DNA of 64,000 nt from a virus. Lineage: Duplodnaviria; Caudoviricetes. Below are positions 56,266 through 64,000 of this stretch, in pieces. The notes beneath the pieces are model-generated. The model saw only the letters and a list, made by a program, of their open reading frames with translations. It was not told the DNA's origin and searched no databases. A program made the position numbers and the translations under genes. The stretch covers positions 1 to 64,000 of IMG/VR virus record IMGVR_UViG_3300020048_000105; one strand, given 5' to 3'. Each line of letters opens with the position of its first letter. Position 1 is the stretch's first letter.

Positions 56266-57372
56266 TTATGTTCTGTGAATTGCTGTTATGTAGTTGCTTG
56301 CATCTCTTGTAAATGTGACAGTACGTAAAACTATCCCGTAGTTGTTTATTGATATCGTCGATACATCTCCAGATGCAGTGTAAATGAAATTCGATGTTTT
56401 AGTGCCTATTGTGGAGGTTGTAATAATTTGAGAAACTCTCAGGTTTGAATCATAATAAATCGATGTATCAGACACCCTGGGTGAATATGTCTCATAATCT
56501 AACGAAGGGTCTACTATGCCTTTTAACGCGTAATCATTTATGTTCTTGTCAGCGTCCCAAACACTTACATCCGGATGCCATGTCAAAAACTGGCCAACAG
56601 TTGTTAACGGAGTTCCATTAACATCGCTAAGCTCACTTAGGCTACGCATAGGGCGTATAATAGGAACAGTTATGATTCCTTGGTTCTGGTGAGAGTTAGT
56701 TACAATTCCTGCTACAACTAATATGTTAGGCGCTGTAGGCTTATTAATCGTTAGTTTTCCTGGGTTAGATGCATCTACATACAATGTTCTTCCTTCAGGC
56801 CAAGCTAATGTATTAAGATCACGAACCATACCCGCCAAAGTTACTCGGACAGTGCCATTCTTTGCCACAGGTCCTGATGTTACCATTCCTATTGCAGCGT
56901 TTCCTATGAAACGATCACGGACATCTGTGAGTTGAACTCCCGGCCTATTTCCGGGTGTAGCGACTACACTTACAATGTCACCATCTACTAAAGTGGCATT
57001 ATCTAAATTCACATAGTATTCAAAAAGTTCCTTTCCTACTTGGGCAGAGCCTCCATCAGGAAGCCCAATGGAGACTGTGTTCTCGGCAGTGTCCCATCCC
57101 ATTGCATATGGAGCATTCACGAAAGGCACAGAAGCAAAATTAATCACCTCGGACACGCTTAAGTAGCCGGCGACAGATACGTCGCCAGATATTAGTCCGC
57201 CTGTTTTATCGTACTTTTCGAAAAGTGAAGCATTAGTTGCGTAGTTAGATAGCACCAACGAAGAGTCAACGATCACAGGGTTTCCTAAGCCATCATAGAA
57301 GCTTCCATCTACATATTGTACAAGATTTTGATATGTAAACGATACTTTTTTGCCTGTTAATTCGTTGCCCAT
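56266..57372 (-). CDS. Virion/fibre-associated protein with DUF2190-like module
   Basis: AIGMVT...GMVRDLNT...GRTLYVDASNPGKLT module also seen at the C-terminus of 41639..44980; ATATATA at 57396-57404. Confidence 0.65.
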   Translation of the reverse strand: MGNELTGKKVSFTYQNLVQYVDGSFYDGLGNPVIVDSSLVLSNYATNASLFEKYDKTGGLISGDVSVAGYLSVSEVINFASVPFVNAPYAMGWDTAENTVSIGLPDGGSAQVGKELFEYYVNLDNATLVDGDIVSVVATPGNRPGVQLTDVRDRFIGNAAIGMVTSGPVAKNGTVRVTLAGMVRDLNTLAWPEGRTLYVDASNPGKLTINKPTAPNILVVAGIVTNSHQNQGIITVPIIRPMRSLSELSDVNGTPLTTVGQFLTWHPDVSVWDADKNINDYALKGIVDPSLDYETYSPRVSDTSIYYDSNLRVSQIITTSTIGTKTSNFIYTASGDVSTISINNYGIVLRTVTFTRDASNYITAIHRT

Positions 57373-57435
57373 TTTTACAAATTTTGTTACCTTTGTATAT
57401 ATATTATAGGTAGAAGTTCAACATAAGTTTTTAAC

Positions 57436-57765
57436 ATGGCATTTCAGTACTACAATTGGGAAGAGGTAAACATCAACTGGGAAGCCCTCGACATGAACTG
57501 GGAAGAAGTTGGGATTCTCATCAACGACTTCCTCCCCCGGGTGTCTGCACCCATAGGCGGCGGAAAGAAGATATGGGAAGACGTCAACAAGCTCCCACCG
57601 GAAAAGAAGCGTATTATTATTAGAATGGCATGTGATATCGGAGGACAGGAATATATATCTTACAAATACAAAAATGAGGATGTCGTCATCACCGTTGAGC
57701 ACGTCGACATCATTGTCGATAAAATCTTAAATAACATAAAAGTTCATGTACAAAATATTTCTTGA
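57436..57765 (+). CDS. Hypothetical protein with 3 x 7-aa NWE repeats
   Basis: AA(C/T)TGGGAAG at 57454, 57475, 57496 (21-bp period). Confidence 0.65.
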   Translation: MAFQYYNWEEVNINWEALDMNWEEVGILINDFLPRVSAPIGGGKKIWEDVNKLPPEKKRIIIRMACDIGGQEYISYKYKNEDVVITVEHVDIIVDKILNNIKVHVQNIS

Positions 57766-58312
57766 CCAAAATAAATTCTTCCAGTGCAATGTCGCAATCG
57801 AAGGCGCGTCTCTAAAAGAGAGTGAAGCTCGTTTATTTGTTGAAGCCGAAAACTTCACTCTAACCTTCAAGGGGAACATAAATGCGGACGGCACTGTAAA
57901 AATCCCGATCGGCAAGTTAAAGGGCATTCTGTCGGAAAACTACACTGGCAAGATATCTCTTGAGATTGTGGCCGACGACACCGTGTTTCACCCATGGGAA
58001 TCGAGCTACACCACCGACATGTCGAAGAAAGTGCAAGTAGAGGTCCAGAGCGACAAACTGTCTGAGTCTTTCAACGACTCAAAGCCAAAAATATCATTTA
58101 CATTAAAACCTGATGCATTCGACACTCAGATGCACATCGACGAGATAAATGGTATACTCAGGAAGAACAACGTGAGCAAACGTGCACTGATGGAAAAGAA
58201 AAATGAGATCACATTCAACAAGCTCATAGAGAGGTACTGTTCGGAAAATTCCATAAATGACCTGAATGACATACGCACCATCAAAAAGAGCCTGCTCAAT
58301 AACTTAAGATAA
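57746..58312 (+). CDS. Hypothetical phage protein
   Basis: 188 aa, core-like codon usage. Confidence 0.7.
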   Translation: MYKIFLDQNKFFQCNVAIEGASLKESEARLFVEAENFTLTFKGNINADGTVKIPIGKLKGILSENYTGKISLEIVADDTVFHPWESSYTTDMSKKVQVEVQSDKLSESFNDSKPKISFTLKPDAFDTQMHIDEINGILRKNNVSKRALMEKKNEITFNKLIERYCSENSINDLNDIRTIKKSLLNNLR

Positions 58313-58315
58313 GAT

Positions 58316-58537
58316 ATGAACAAAAACCCTGCAAGCCCAGATAACTTCTATGATGACGAAGTGTTCGAATCATTTTTGAAAGATGATGAGGAAGTTAGCG
58401 AAGAAAAGCGTGAAGAAAAGCGTGAAGAAAAGCGTGAAGAAATAGATGAAGCAGTGATCGCTGCTATCATAGAAGAGAGTAAACGCACGAGCACAGAGAA
58501 CGATCCTTACTCAAGTATTCTCAAAGACATTGTCTAA
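58316..58537 (+). CDS. Small acidic protein
   Basis: 73 aa containing EEKR repeats. Confidence 0.5.
   Translation: MNKNPASPDNFYDDEVFESFLKDDEEVSEEKREEKREEKREEIDEAVIAAIIEESKRTSTENDPYSSILKDIV
58400..58442. repeat. 12-bp tandem repeat GAAGAAAAGCGT x ~3.6
   Basis: Direct reading of the sequence. Confidence 0.9.
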
Positions 58538-61209
58538 ATTTCAATGCCGGGTGTCATCACTAAATTAGTAAATCTGTCACCAGCATCAAGGTCTATAACA
58601 AAAAAGTTTGATGTTGTGTAAGTATTGTCAGTTAGTACACCTGCAAGTGATGTAGCAGTCCAATTGTTACCAAATGCACCTCCCTTAATATACATATTAA
58701 ATAAACCTACTTGTGTGCGAGTTATTTTAACTCTATACCACGTAAAATTTTGAATGTAAGAAAGTATGGTATTATTTAAAATCCCTCCGATTTTTAACAT
58801 TTGAACAGATGAATTATTTCTTACAATAAATCCATAATAAGCATTCCATACATATGAAGTATTGTAGTGTAATATTGAAACTCCAAGTTCATTTCCCGCA
58901 GTGCCTTTATACCAATCAAACTCCCAAGTACCATAAGCTTGATTACTAGGTAATGCAAGTGTACCTGCTACTGTATTTTCAAGATATTTAGTTCTATTCT
59001 TGAAGGTTGGGAGAGGGTCGATTTCAACTAAACTCATATTACTAATTACACCTGAATTTGTTGAAGTGACTCCATTAAAACCTAAAAATATTTCATCTCC
59101 CGCTCCTTTTTGGGTAAATTCAATTGATACTCTTCCAGTTCCACTGAAACTTATAATGTTTCCTGGAAGTATATAGTCTACAAATGCCCCCGCATTTCTG
59201 ATTTGTACATAGTAACTAAGACTTATTACATTTGTATACTCAAAACTATATCTTAATCTTTTTCCTTGAGTATATTGATGTTTAGTTCCAAGTGTAGAAT
59301 TATAACATCCAAATAATGGAACTGCTACATTAGTAATAGTCAATACATTATTAACAAAGGAACTGCCAGCACCAGACCAAGTATCAGTTGATAATAGTTG
59401 ATTTCCCATTACCTTAGTAAATTCCCCAACCTTATAACTTCCACTTCCCTTCACGAATCCATTAGGAACTACAGTAGTTCCATCAGCACTGGCATCTGAG
59501 AAGTCTTCAACAATGTATGGTTGCTTTACAAATGAATTATGCCAATTTTTTATTTCTTTGAGGGATAACGCACGATTATAGATTCTAGCATCTGATATTT
59601 CTCCATTAAATGTAAAACCATTTTGACCTGAAGTATAATCAATTGATCCAATTAATAGTCGTTGTGGAATATTATTTATTGCTCCTGTTAGAGGTGAAGT
59701 TCCTTGTGATATTCCATTTAAAAATAATTCAATATATGAATTGTTATACGTGGCAACTAATGTATTCCATATACCAGATTGTGGAGTACCATTTCCAATT
59801 AAATTTAAAAAAGCAAAATTACTACCTGCATAAAATGAAACAAATGCATTTATATCTTTTCCTAATTCAAATGCATTTGCAACAGCTCCGCTTAAGGCAG
59901 TTTTAGTTATTAATCCTTCTCTTGCTCCCCATGTGCCAATATGTTTAAATCTACACATAAGAGTAAGTGCATATACACCTTCTACAGATGTCATATCACC
60001 TAAGTTTACATAGGAATCTCTGCCATTAAATAATAATCCATTAGATGTTGATGTAACCGAATTCAGTAATGTTCCATTCTTCCCATTCCCACTAATATCC
60101 ACTAATGTATTCCCAACAGGTTTCATGTTGTAAGCAGCAACTAATCCAGTAATTTTCTGCACACTAACTGTATCACATTTAAGAGTAGTTGTACCTTGTG
60201 CTCTTAATATTAAGTTCGGATTTCCTGTACAAGTTAAAATTTCCGAGTATGTTCCATTTGCTAATCTAGTAGTACCTATACTAGAACCACATTCTACTCT
60301 TACCCCCCCGTTTACATAATCACTGACTGTATAAGTAATCCGATATTTAACTCCTACTGTTATTACAGTTAATGTGGATTTGTTAGCTGTTAGTGCAGAA
60401 GTAAGCACTAATTTGCCATCTGTTATGGAAAATCCATCTTCATTTGACCAAATATTACCTGTATTAAACTCTGAATTAGCTGCTGATAATTCATTAGTAT
60501 TTATAAAACTATTATTCTTATCACTCAAATCACTTGCTTTATTTAATTGAAACTGACGTTTAGGTTCTGTTAAGGGTTTAAGATTGTTAAACATTCTTTG
60601 ATAGTTCTCACGTTCTTTTGATGTGAGAACTGTATCATGGACTGCAAGATAGGCAATATCTACATCTCCTTTATTTGTCGATTTTGATACTAAAGCATAA
60701 TAAGAATTTGTTCTAGCTAAATTAATAGAACCTGTTTGTGTAGTATATGGAGTTTTTAATACATTGTCGATATATAAAGCAGCATTATTAATATCCGCAC
60801 TAGCAGACCCTGCAATACAAAATATATAACAATGCCACGAATGGTCAAAAGTGTGTTGCCAAGTTCTATCATTAGTTGTTCCAAATCCCACACCTAATAA
60901 ATTTCCACCTACCCCACCGCCACATATCATTATGACTGGATTTTGTGGAGTTATTGCGCTATTTATTGCATAGAAAACATCTGTCGCTGAATTAAAGTTA
61001 TTATTTAATTTAATCCAACATACAATAGTACAAGCTCCACTAGGAAACATAGATGTTCCATAAGAAATATATTGTCCAACTCCAGTTCTAATTGCATTAC
61101 CCTTTTCTCCAATGGTAATTTTGGGACTTCCTACAGGTGTAACACTTCTCCCACCAATATTATCGTTAAGTGTTCCCTGATAATATTTTGCTTCAAATAC
61201 TTTAGACAT
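58534..61209 (-). CDS. Multi-LamG adhesin with two inserted CBM-like modules
   Basis: 891 aa; GLVAAYNM, IYNRALS and related LamG motifs. Confidence 0.75.
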   Translation of the reverse strand: MSKVFEAKYYQGTLNDNIGGRSVTPVGSPKITIGEKGNAIRTGVGQYISYGTSMFPSGACTIVCWIKLNNNFNSATDVFYAINSAITPQNPVIMICGGGVGGNLLGVGFGTTNDRTWQHTFDHSWHCYIFCIAGSASADINNAALYIDNVLKTPYTTQTGSINLARTNSYYALVSKSTNKGDVDIAYLAVHDTVLTSKERENYQRMFNNLKPLTEPKRQFQLNKASDLSDKNNSFINTNELSAANSEFNTGNIWSNEDGFSITDGKLVLTSALTANKSTLTVITVGVKYRITYTVSDYVNGGVRVECGSSIGTTRLANGTYSEILTCTGNPNLILRAQGTTTLKCDTVSVQKITGLVAAYNMKPVGNTLVDISGNGKNGTLLNSVTSTSNGLLFNGRDSYVNLGDMTSVEGVYALTLMCRFKHIGTWGAREGLITKTALSGAVANAFELGKDINAFVSFYAGSNFAFLNLIGNGTPQSGIWNTLVATYNNSYIELFLNGISQGTSPLTGAINNIPQRLLIGSIDYTSGQNGFTFNGEISDARIYNRALSLKEIKNWHNSFVKQPYIVEDFSDASADGTTVVPNGFVKGSGSYKVGEFTKVMGNQLLSTDTWSGAGSSFVNNVLTITNVAVPLFGCYNSTLGTKHQYTQGKRLRYSFEYTNVISLSYYVQIRNAGAFVDYILPGNIISFSGTGRVSIEFTQKGAGDEIFLGFNGVTSTNSGVISNMSLVEIDPLPTFKNRTKYLENTVAGTLALPSNQAYGTWEFDWYKGTAGNELGVSILHYNTSYVWNAYYGFIVRNNSSVQMLKIGGILNNTILSYIQNFTWYRVKITRTQVGLFNMYIKGGAFGNNWTATSLAGVLTDNTYTTSNFFVIDLDAGDRFTNLVMTPGIEI

Positions 61210-63193
61210 TATATTTACTCCTTTCTGATGTGAACTTTTGTGAGATTTCTTCTTGACTTAAAATGCCATTGTAGATTTGGACTTGAGCTATGTTGCCATC
61301 ATGAGTTTGAGTTCCTACATTATTATTTCCTATAGTAATATTTGTAGTTGCAGCAACAGGAGTTCCACTTGTTTGGTTAGCAGTAGAGCTTAAAATCGAA
61401 TTAATATATATTGAGGTTTTACCATCTGATTTTCTGGTTGCAATAATGTTAGTCCATTTATTTAAGACAATTGAATTTGTTGCACTTGCTGCACTAATAC
61501 TTCCATCAGAACTGACTAATATTTTCAAACCGCCTCCTTGTATTAACATTCTAGTCTTTGTACTGTCTATTATATTACCATAAGTACTACCTCCTAAACC
61601 ATAGAATTTAACCCAAGCACACATTGTAATATCACCCAATAAATTATTATATAATCCACAATTCAATTTACTTGAAGTCCCATTAAATCTCATTGCTTTA
61701 ACGCCACCATCATTAACTACTGTTACTGCTGTGTTTACTACTGATGGGATTACTTCCTGTAAAACAATATTATCTATGTCAATATCAGTAACTCCGTTAG
61801 TTCTAAATCTAATGCTTGAAAATGTTGCAGTAAATATATATGTGTTTGTTCCTATGGAATTACTAATTGTAAATACTGTATTACCATCAGTTAATTGAAT
61901 TAATCCTTCTCCATTTCTTATAACATTATAAGTTAATCTATACTGTTTGCCAGTTGTTAATATTAGAGTTTTATATATGTATTGTTGAGAACCGTCATTT
62001 GATTTTAAATTACAAACCCCATTAGCTATTGCTATTTGAGCAGTTTTAGTCCAATATCCAGTATCTGATGTAAATGTACTATCAGCTAAATTAGATATAA
62101 TATTTGGTAACAATCCACCTGACAATCTATTTTTAATAACGCCATCGAAGGCATCAATATCCATGATGAGTTCAGCTTTTGAGACATATTCTTTAAGTGA
62201 TACGTTGTCGATTGAGAAAGCAGAACCACTTGTATAACCATAAAATGATATACCAGTTCTTTCATTAGTCCCTGTTGGCGTAGTGAAAGTAATATTATAT
62301 GTTCCATTATTATATTCAATTAACCAGTAATTTTGTGCGAAATATGCATAACTTCCACTATAGTTTAATATATAAAGACGAGCAAATGAACTTGCATTAC
62401 TAATTGTAAAAGATAATTTATGAATAGTAGAAGCTTTCATTACAAAATCATTCCTCCATATTTTCACTTCATTTACTGTATCTAAATAATTGGCTTTTCC
62501 ACCCGAAACATCCCAGCCAGTTGGAACATTCCAACCTAAACTCGAATCAAAATTTCCATTGGTAATCAATTCAGGTCCAAGTATCTCTCCATGTGGAGCT
62601 AATTTTTTGTATCGTTTGTTTTGATAAAGATTTAATACTTCTTGAGGTGTGAGTGTTCCTTCGTAGAACTCAAGTAATTCAACGTTTGTGTTCATATCAA
62701 ATCCGGACTGCCCTGGGATGTAACTCATTTGATTAAATGTAGTTTTTCCAACAAATGCAACTCCAGTTTGGTCTAATACTCCATCAATATATATTTTTGT
62801 TGATGTCGAATTAGCTGTTATAATCACATCATACCACTTATTTGCAGTTAAACTAGTGAGCGATGATGTAAACGCATTGGCTTTATTACTAATTGTAATT
62901 TTGTTAGAACCAGTACTACCAACACCAATCCATTCATAGTTACCAACTGTAAAAATTCCACAAAGAAATGATTGGGCTTTTACAGTTAATAACTTAAATT
63001 TAATTCTAAATGAAAATTCTGATGTTCTTATTGAAGGAAACACTAATCGTGTAGAGGAACCCGTTAGTAACGCAATCCCTTTATTAAATATAACTCCACT
63101 TGGCACACCACCGTTCGCTCTCACTGACTGCTCATCAGTAAAAGTCTCACGAAAAATGAGCTTCCTGTCTACCTTGGCTAGAGATTCTTTCAT
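61202..63193 (-). CDS. Multi-LamG adhesin with two inserted CBM-like modules
   Basis: 663 aa; KWYDVII, ELITNGNFD, QIYNGILSQEEISQ motifs. Confidence 0.75.
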   Translation of the reverse strand: MKESLAKVDRKLIFRETFTDEQSVRANGGVPSGVIFNKGIALLTGSSTRLVFPSIRTSEFSFRIKFKLLTVKAQSFLCGIFTVGNYEWIGVGSTGSNKITISNKANAFTSSLTSLTANKWYDVIITANSTSTKIYIDGVLDQTGVAFVGKTTFNQMSYIPGQSGFDMNTNVELLEFYEGTLTPQEVLNLYQNKRYKKLAPHGEILGPELITNGNFDSSLGWNVPTGWDVSGGKANYLDTVNEVKIWRNDFVMKASTIHKLSFTISNASSFARLYILNYSGSYAYFAQNYWLIEYNNGTYNITFTTPTGTNERTGISFYGYTSGSAFSIDNVSLKEYVSKAELIMDIDAFDGVIKNRLSGGLLPNIISNLADSTFTSDTGYWTKTAQIAIANGVCNLKSNDGSQQYIYKTLILTTGKQYRLTYNVIRNGEGLIQLTDGNTVFTISNSIGTNTYIFTATFSSIRFRTNGVTDIDIDNIVLQEVIPSVVNTAVTVVNDGGVKAMRFNGTSSKLNCGLYNNLLGDITMCAWVKFYGLGGSTYGNIIDSTKTRMLIQGGGLKILVSSDGSISAASATNSIVLNKWTNIIATRKSDGKTSIYINSILSSTANQTSGTPVAATTNITIGNNNVGTQTHDGNIAQVQIYNGILSQEEISQKFTSERSKYNV

Positions 63194-63194
63194 C

Positions 63195-63608
63195 TTACGA
63201 GCTGTAGTTGCACTTTGAGTTTATGAGCCCGTTTGCGTCTATGTTTGCGATGCCGCCTGCAAGCATTGAATCCAAGGGAGTGTGTGCATCGTAAGCCATC
63301 ATCCAGTAGTCGAACTCACCGACTGTAGGAGCGGGATATGTAATCGTTTCTATGACAGTTTCGCCAAGTTCGTTCACTGTTTCGTATGTGCTCGGATCAG
63401 GTGCAGGGCCGACTGCGATTTGCAAGTTATTGTCTGCCGTGCTCACGATATCTTTGACAAGCTCTGGAATATGAATTCCATCTAAGAAATGATTTACTTT
63501 TAGATTAAGTACAACTGTTTTATTCACAGTATCAACACTCATTGCTATAAGTGATACTGTACGTGTGATTCCTGTTAATGTTGGGTGATTTGAAATATTG
63601 AAGTCCAT
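63195..63608 (-). CDS. Hypothetical protein (fibre chaperone-like)
   Basis: 137 aa in the fibre cluster. Confidence 0.6.
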   Translation of the reverse strand: MDFNISNHPTLTGITRTVSLIAMSVDTVNKTVVLNLKVNHFLDGIHIPELVKDIVSTADNNLQIAVGPAPDPSTYETVNELGETVIETITYPAPTVGEFDYWMMAYDAHTPLDSMLAGGIANIDANGLINSKCNYSS

Positions 63609-63621
63609 ATTATTGTTGTTT

Positions 63622-63999
63622 TTATTTTTTTATTAGTCTTAAAGAATTGCCCGTTGCTTTTGACGTACTTCCATAAACAAGTGGTGCTCTATCCCATAAT
63701 GGATAGAATCTAGGTGCATTGCTAGTATCTAATTCTGGAATTGTAGAAAAACATATTACGTATCCAAATGACCTAAATCCTGCAACACTATCTCTTTCAC
63801 CTCCAGCAAATGCATTAAATCCACTACTATTATCTCCTTTTAAGTTTGGTGTTACCCAATGTGACAATCCCAATTCCTTTAATTTACCTCCTGCAACATT
63901 AATACCGCCCAAATAGGTTTGAAGTGTTGTAAATTGTGTTGATGTTGGTACTCTCCAATCACTATTAATTAAAACCAATTGAGCATTAATTGCACTTAC
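63622..63999 (-). CDS. FISUMP / Fib_succ_major domain protein, 3' part; frame open to the right edge
   Basis: WRVPT..F..L..YLGG..VAGGKLKE.G..HW..PN...NSSGF.AFAGGER...G.SLRLIK. Confidence 0.8.
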   Translation of the reverse strand, partial: VSAINAQLVLINSDWRVPTSTQFTTLQTYLGGINVAGGKLKELGLSHWVTPNLKGDNSSGFNAFAGGERDSVAGFRSFGYVICFSTIPELDTSNAPRFYPLWDRAPLVYGSTSKATGNSLRLIKK

Positions 64000-64000
64000 A

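Noticed and set aside
58400-58442. Functional meaning of the EEKR and LPSMQ tandem repeats
   Set aside because: In-frame slippage repeats in disordered tails; recorded as features, with no evidence of a role.
63622-63800. Active diversity-generating retroelement
   Set aside because: No reverse transcriptase or template repeat is visible in this window; kept only as a low-interest lead.
1166-63916. Numerous short or antisense ORFs in the track (e.g. 1894-2433, 29660-30331, 30368-31288, 43302-43769)
   Set aside because: Shadows of longer motif-bearing genes on the opposite strand or in another frame; no independent motifs or promoters.
1-64000. Stop-codon reassignment as in some large gut phages
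   Set aside because: Long ORFs tile the window in code 11, and TAA, TAG and TGA all end conserved genes (e.g. TAG 12889, TGA 4526).

Overview
Segment of a large T4-superfamily myophage (jumbo-phage-like) genome in the standard genetic code. The host is probably Bacteroidota: TAnnTTTG promoter elements, A-rich leaders without Shine-Dalgarno sequences, and a FISUMP domain point that way. The plus-strand arm (1-26.2 kb) carries gp46/SbcC (partial), a DinG-family helicase, a gp15-like tail terminator, a gp55-like late sigma factor, gp4, gp2, portal gp20, dTMP kinase, an ECF-type sigma factor, a PD-(D/E)xK nuclease and many small or acidic proteins. The minus-strand arm (26.2-64 kb) carries a GT2-like glycosyltransferase, ThyA, tape measure, a gp26/gp51-like chaperone pair, tube gp19, sheath gp18, terminase, a gp14-like neck protein and about 23 kb of mosaic tail-fibre/LamG adhesin genes. 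Four free-standing homing endonuclease genes (HEGs) are present. Highlights missed by the ORF track: (1) a circularly permuted two-piece tmRNA gene (G3-U70 acceptor stem, tag ANTFMNTEMMMAA) with a HEG directly upstream, possibly inside its transcription unit; (2) AUG-sequestering hairpins overlapping an ATATATA late promoter in front of three HEGs; (3) strong D-x-S enrichment in virion proteins, a candidate sequon for the phage glycosyltransferase; (4) a probable +1/-2 programmed frameshift in the chaperone pair before the tape measure; (5) a fibre gene split by one extra base, a truncated beta-helix remnant, and a ~115-135 aa CBM-like module inserted five times into adhesins. Protein assignments come from motif recognition by eye; no database searches were run.
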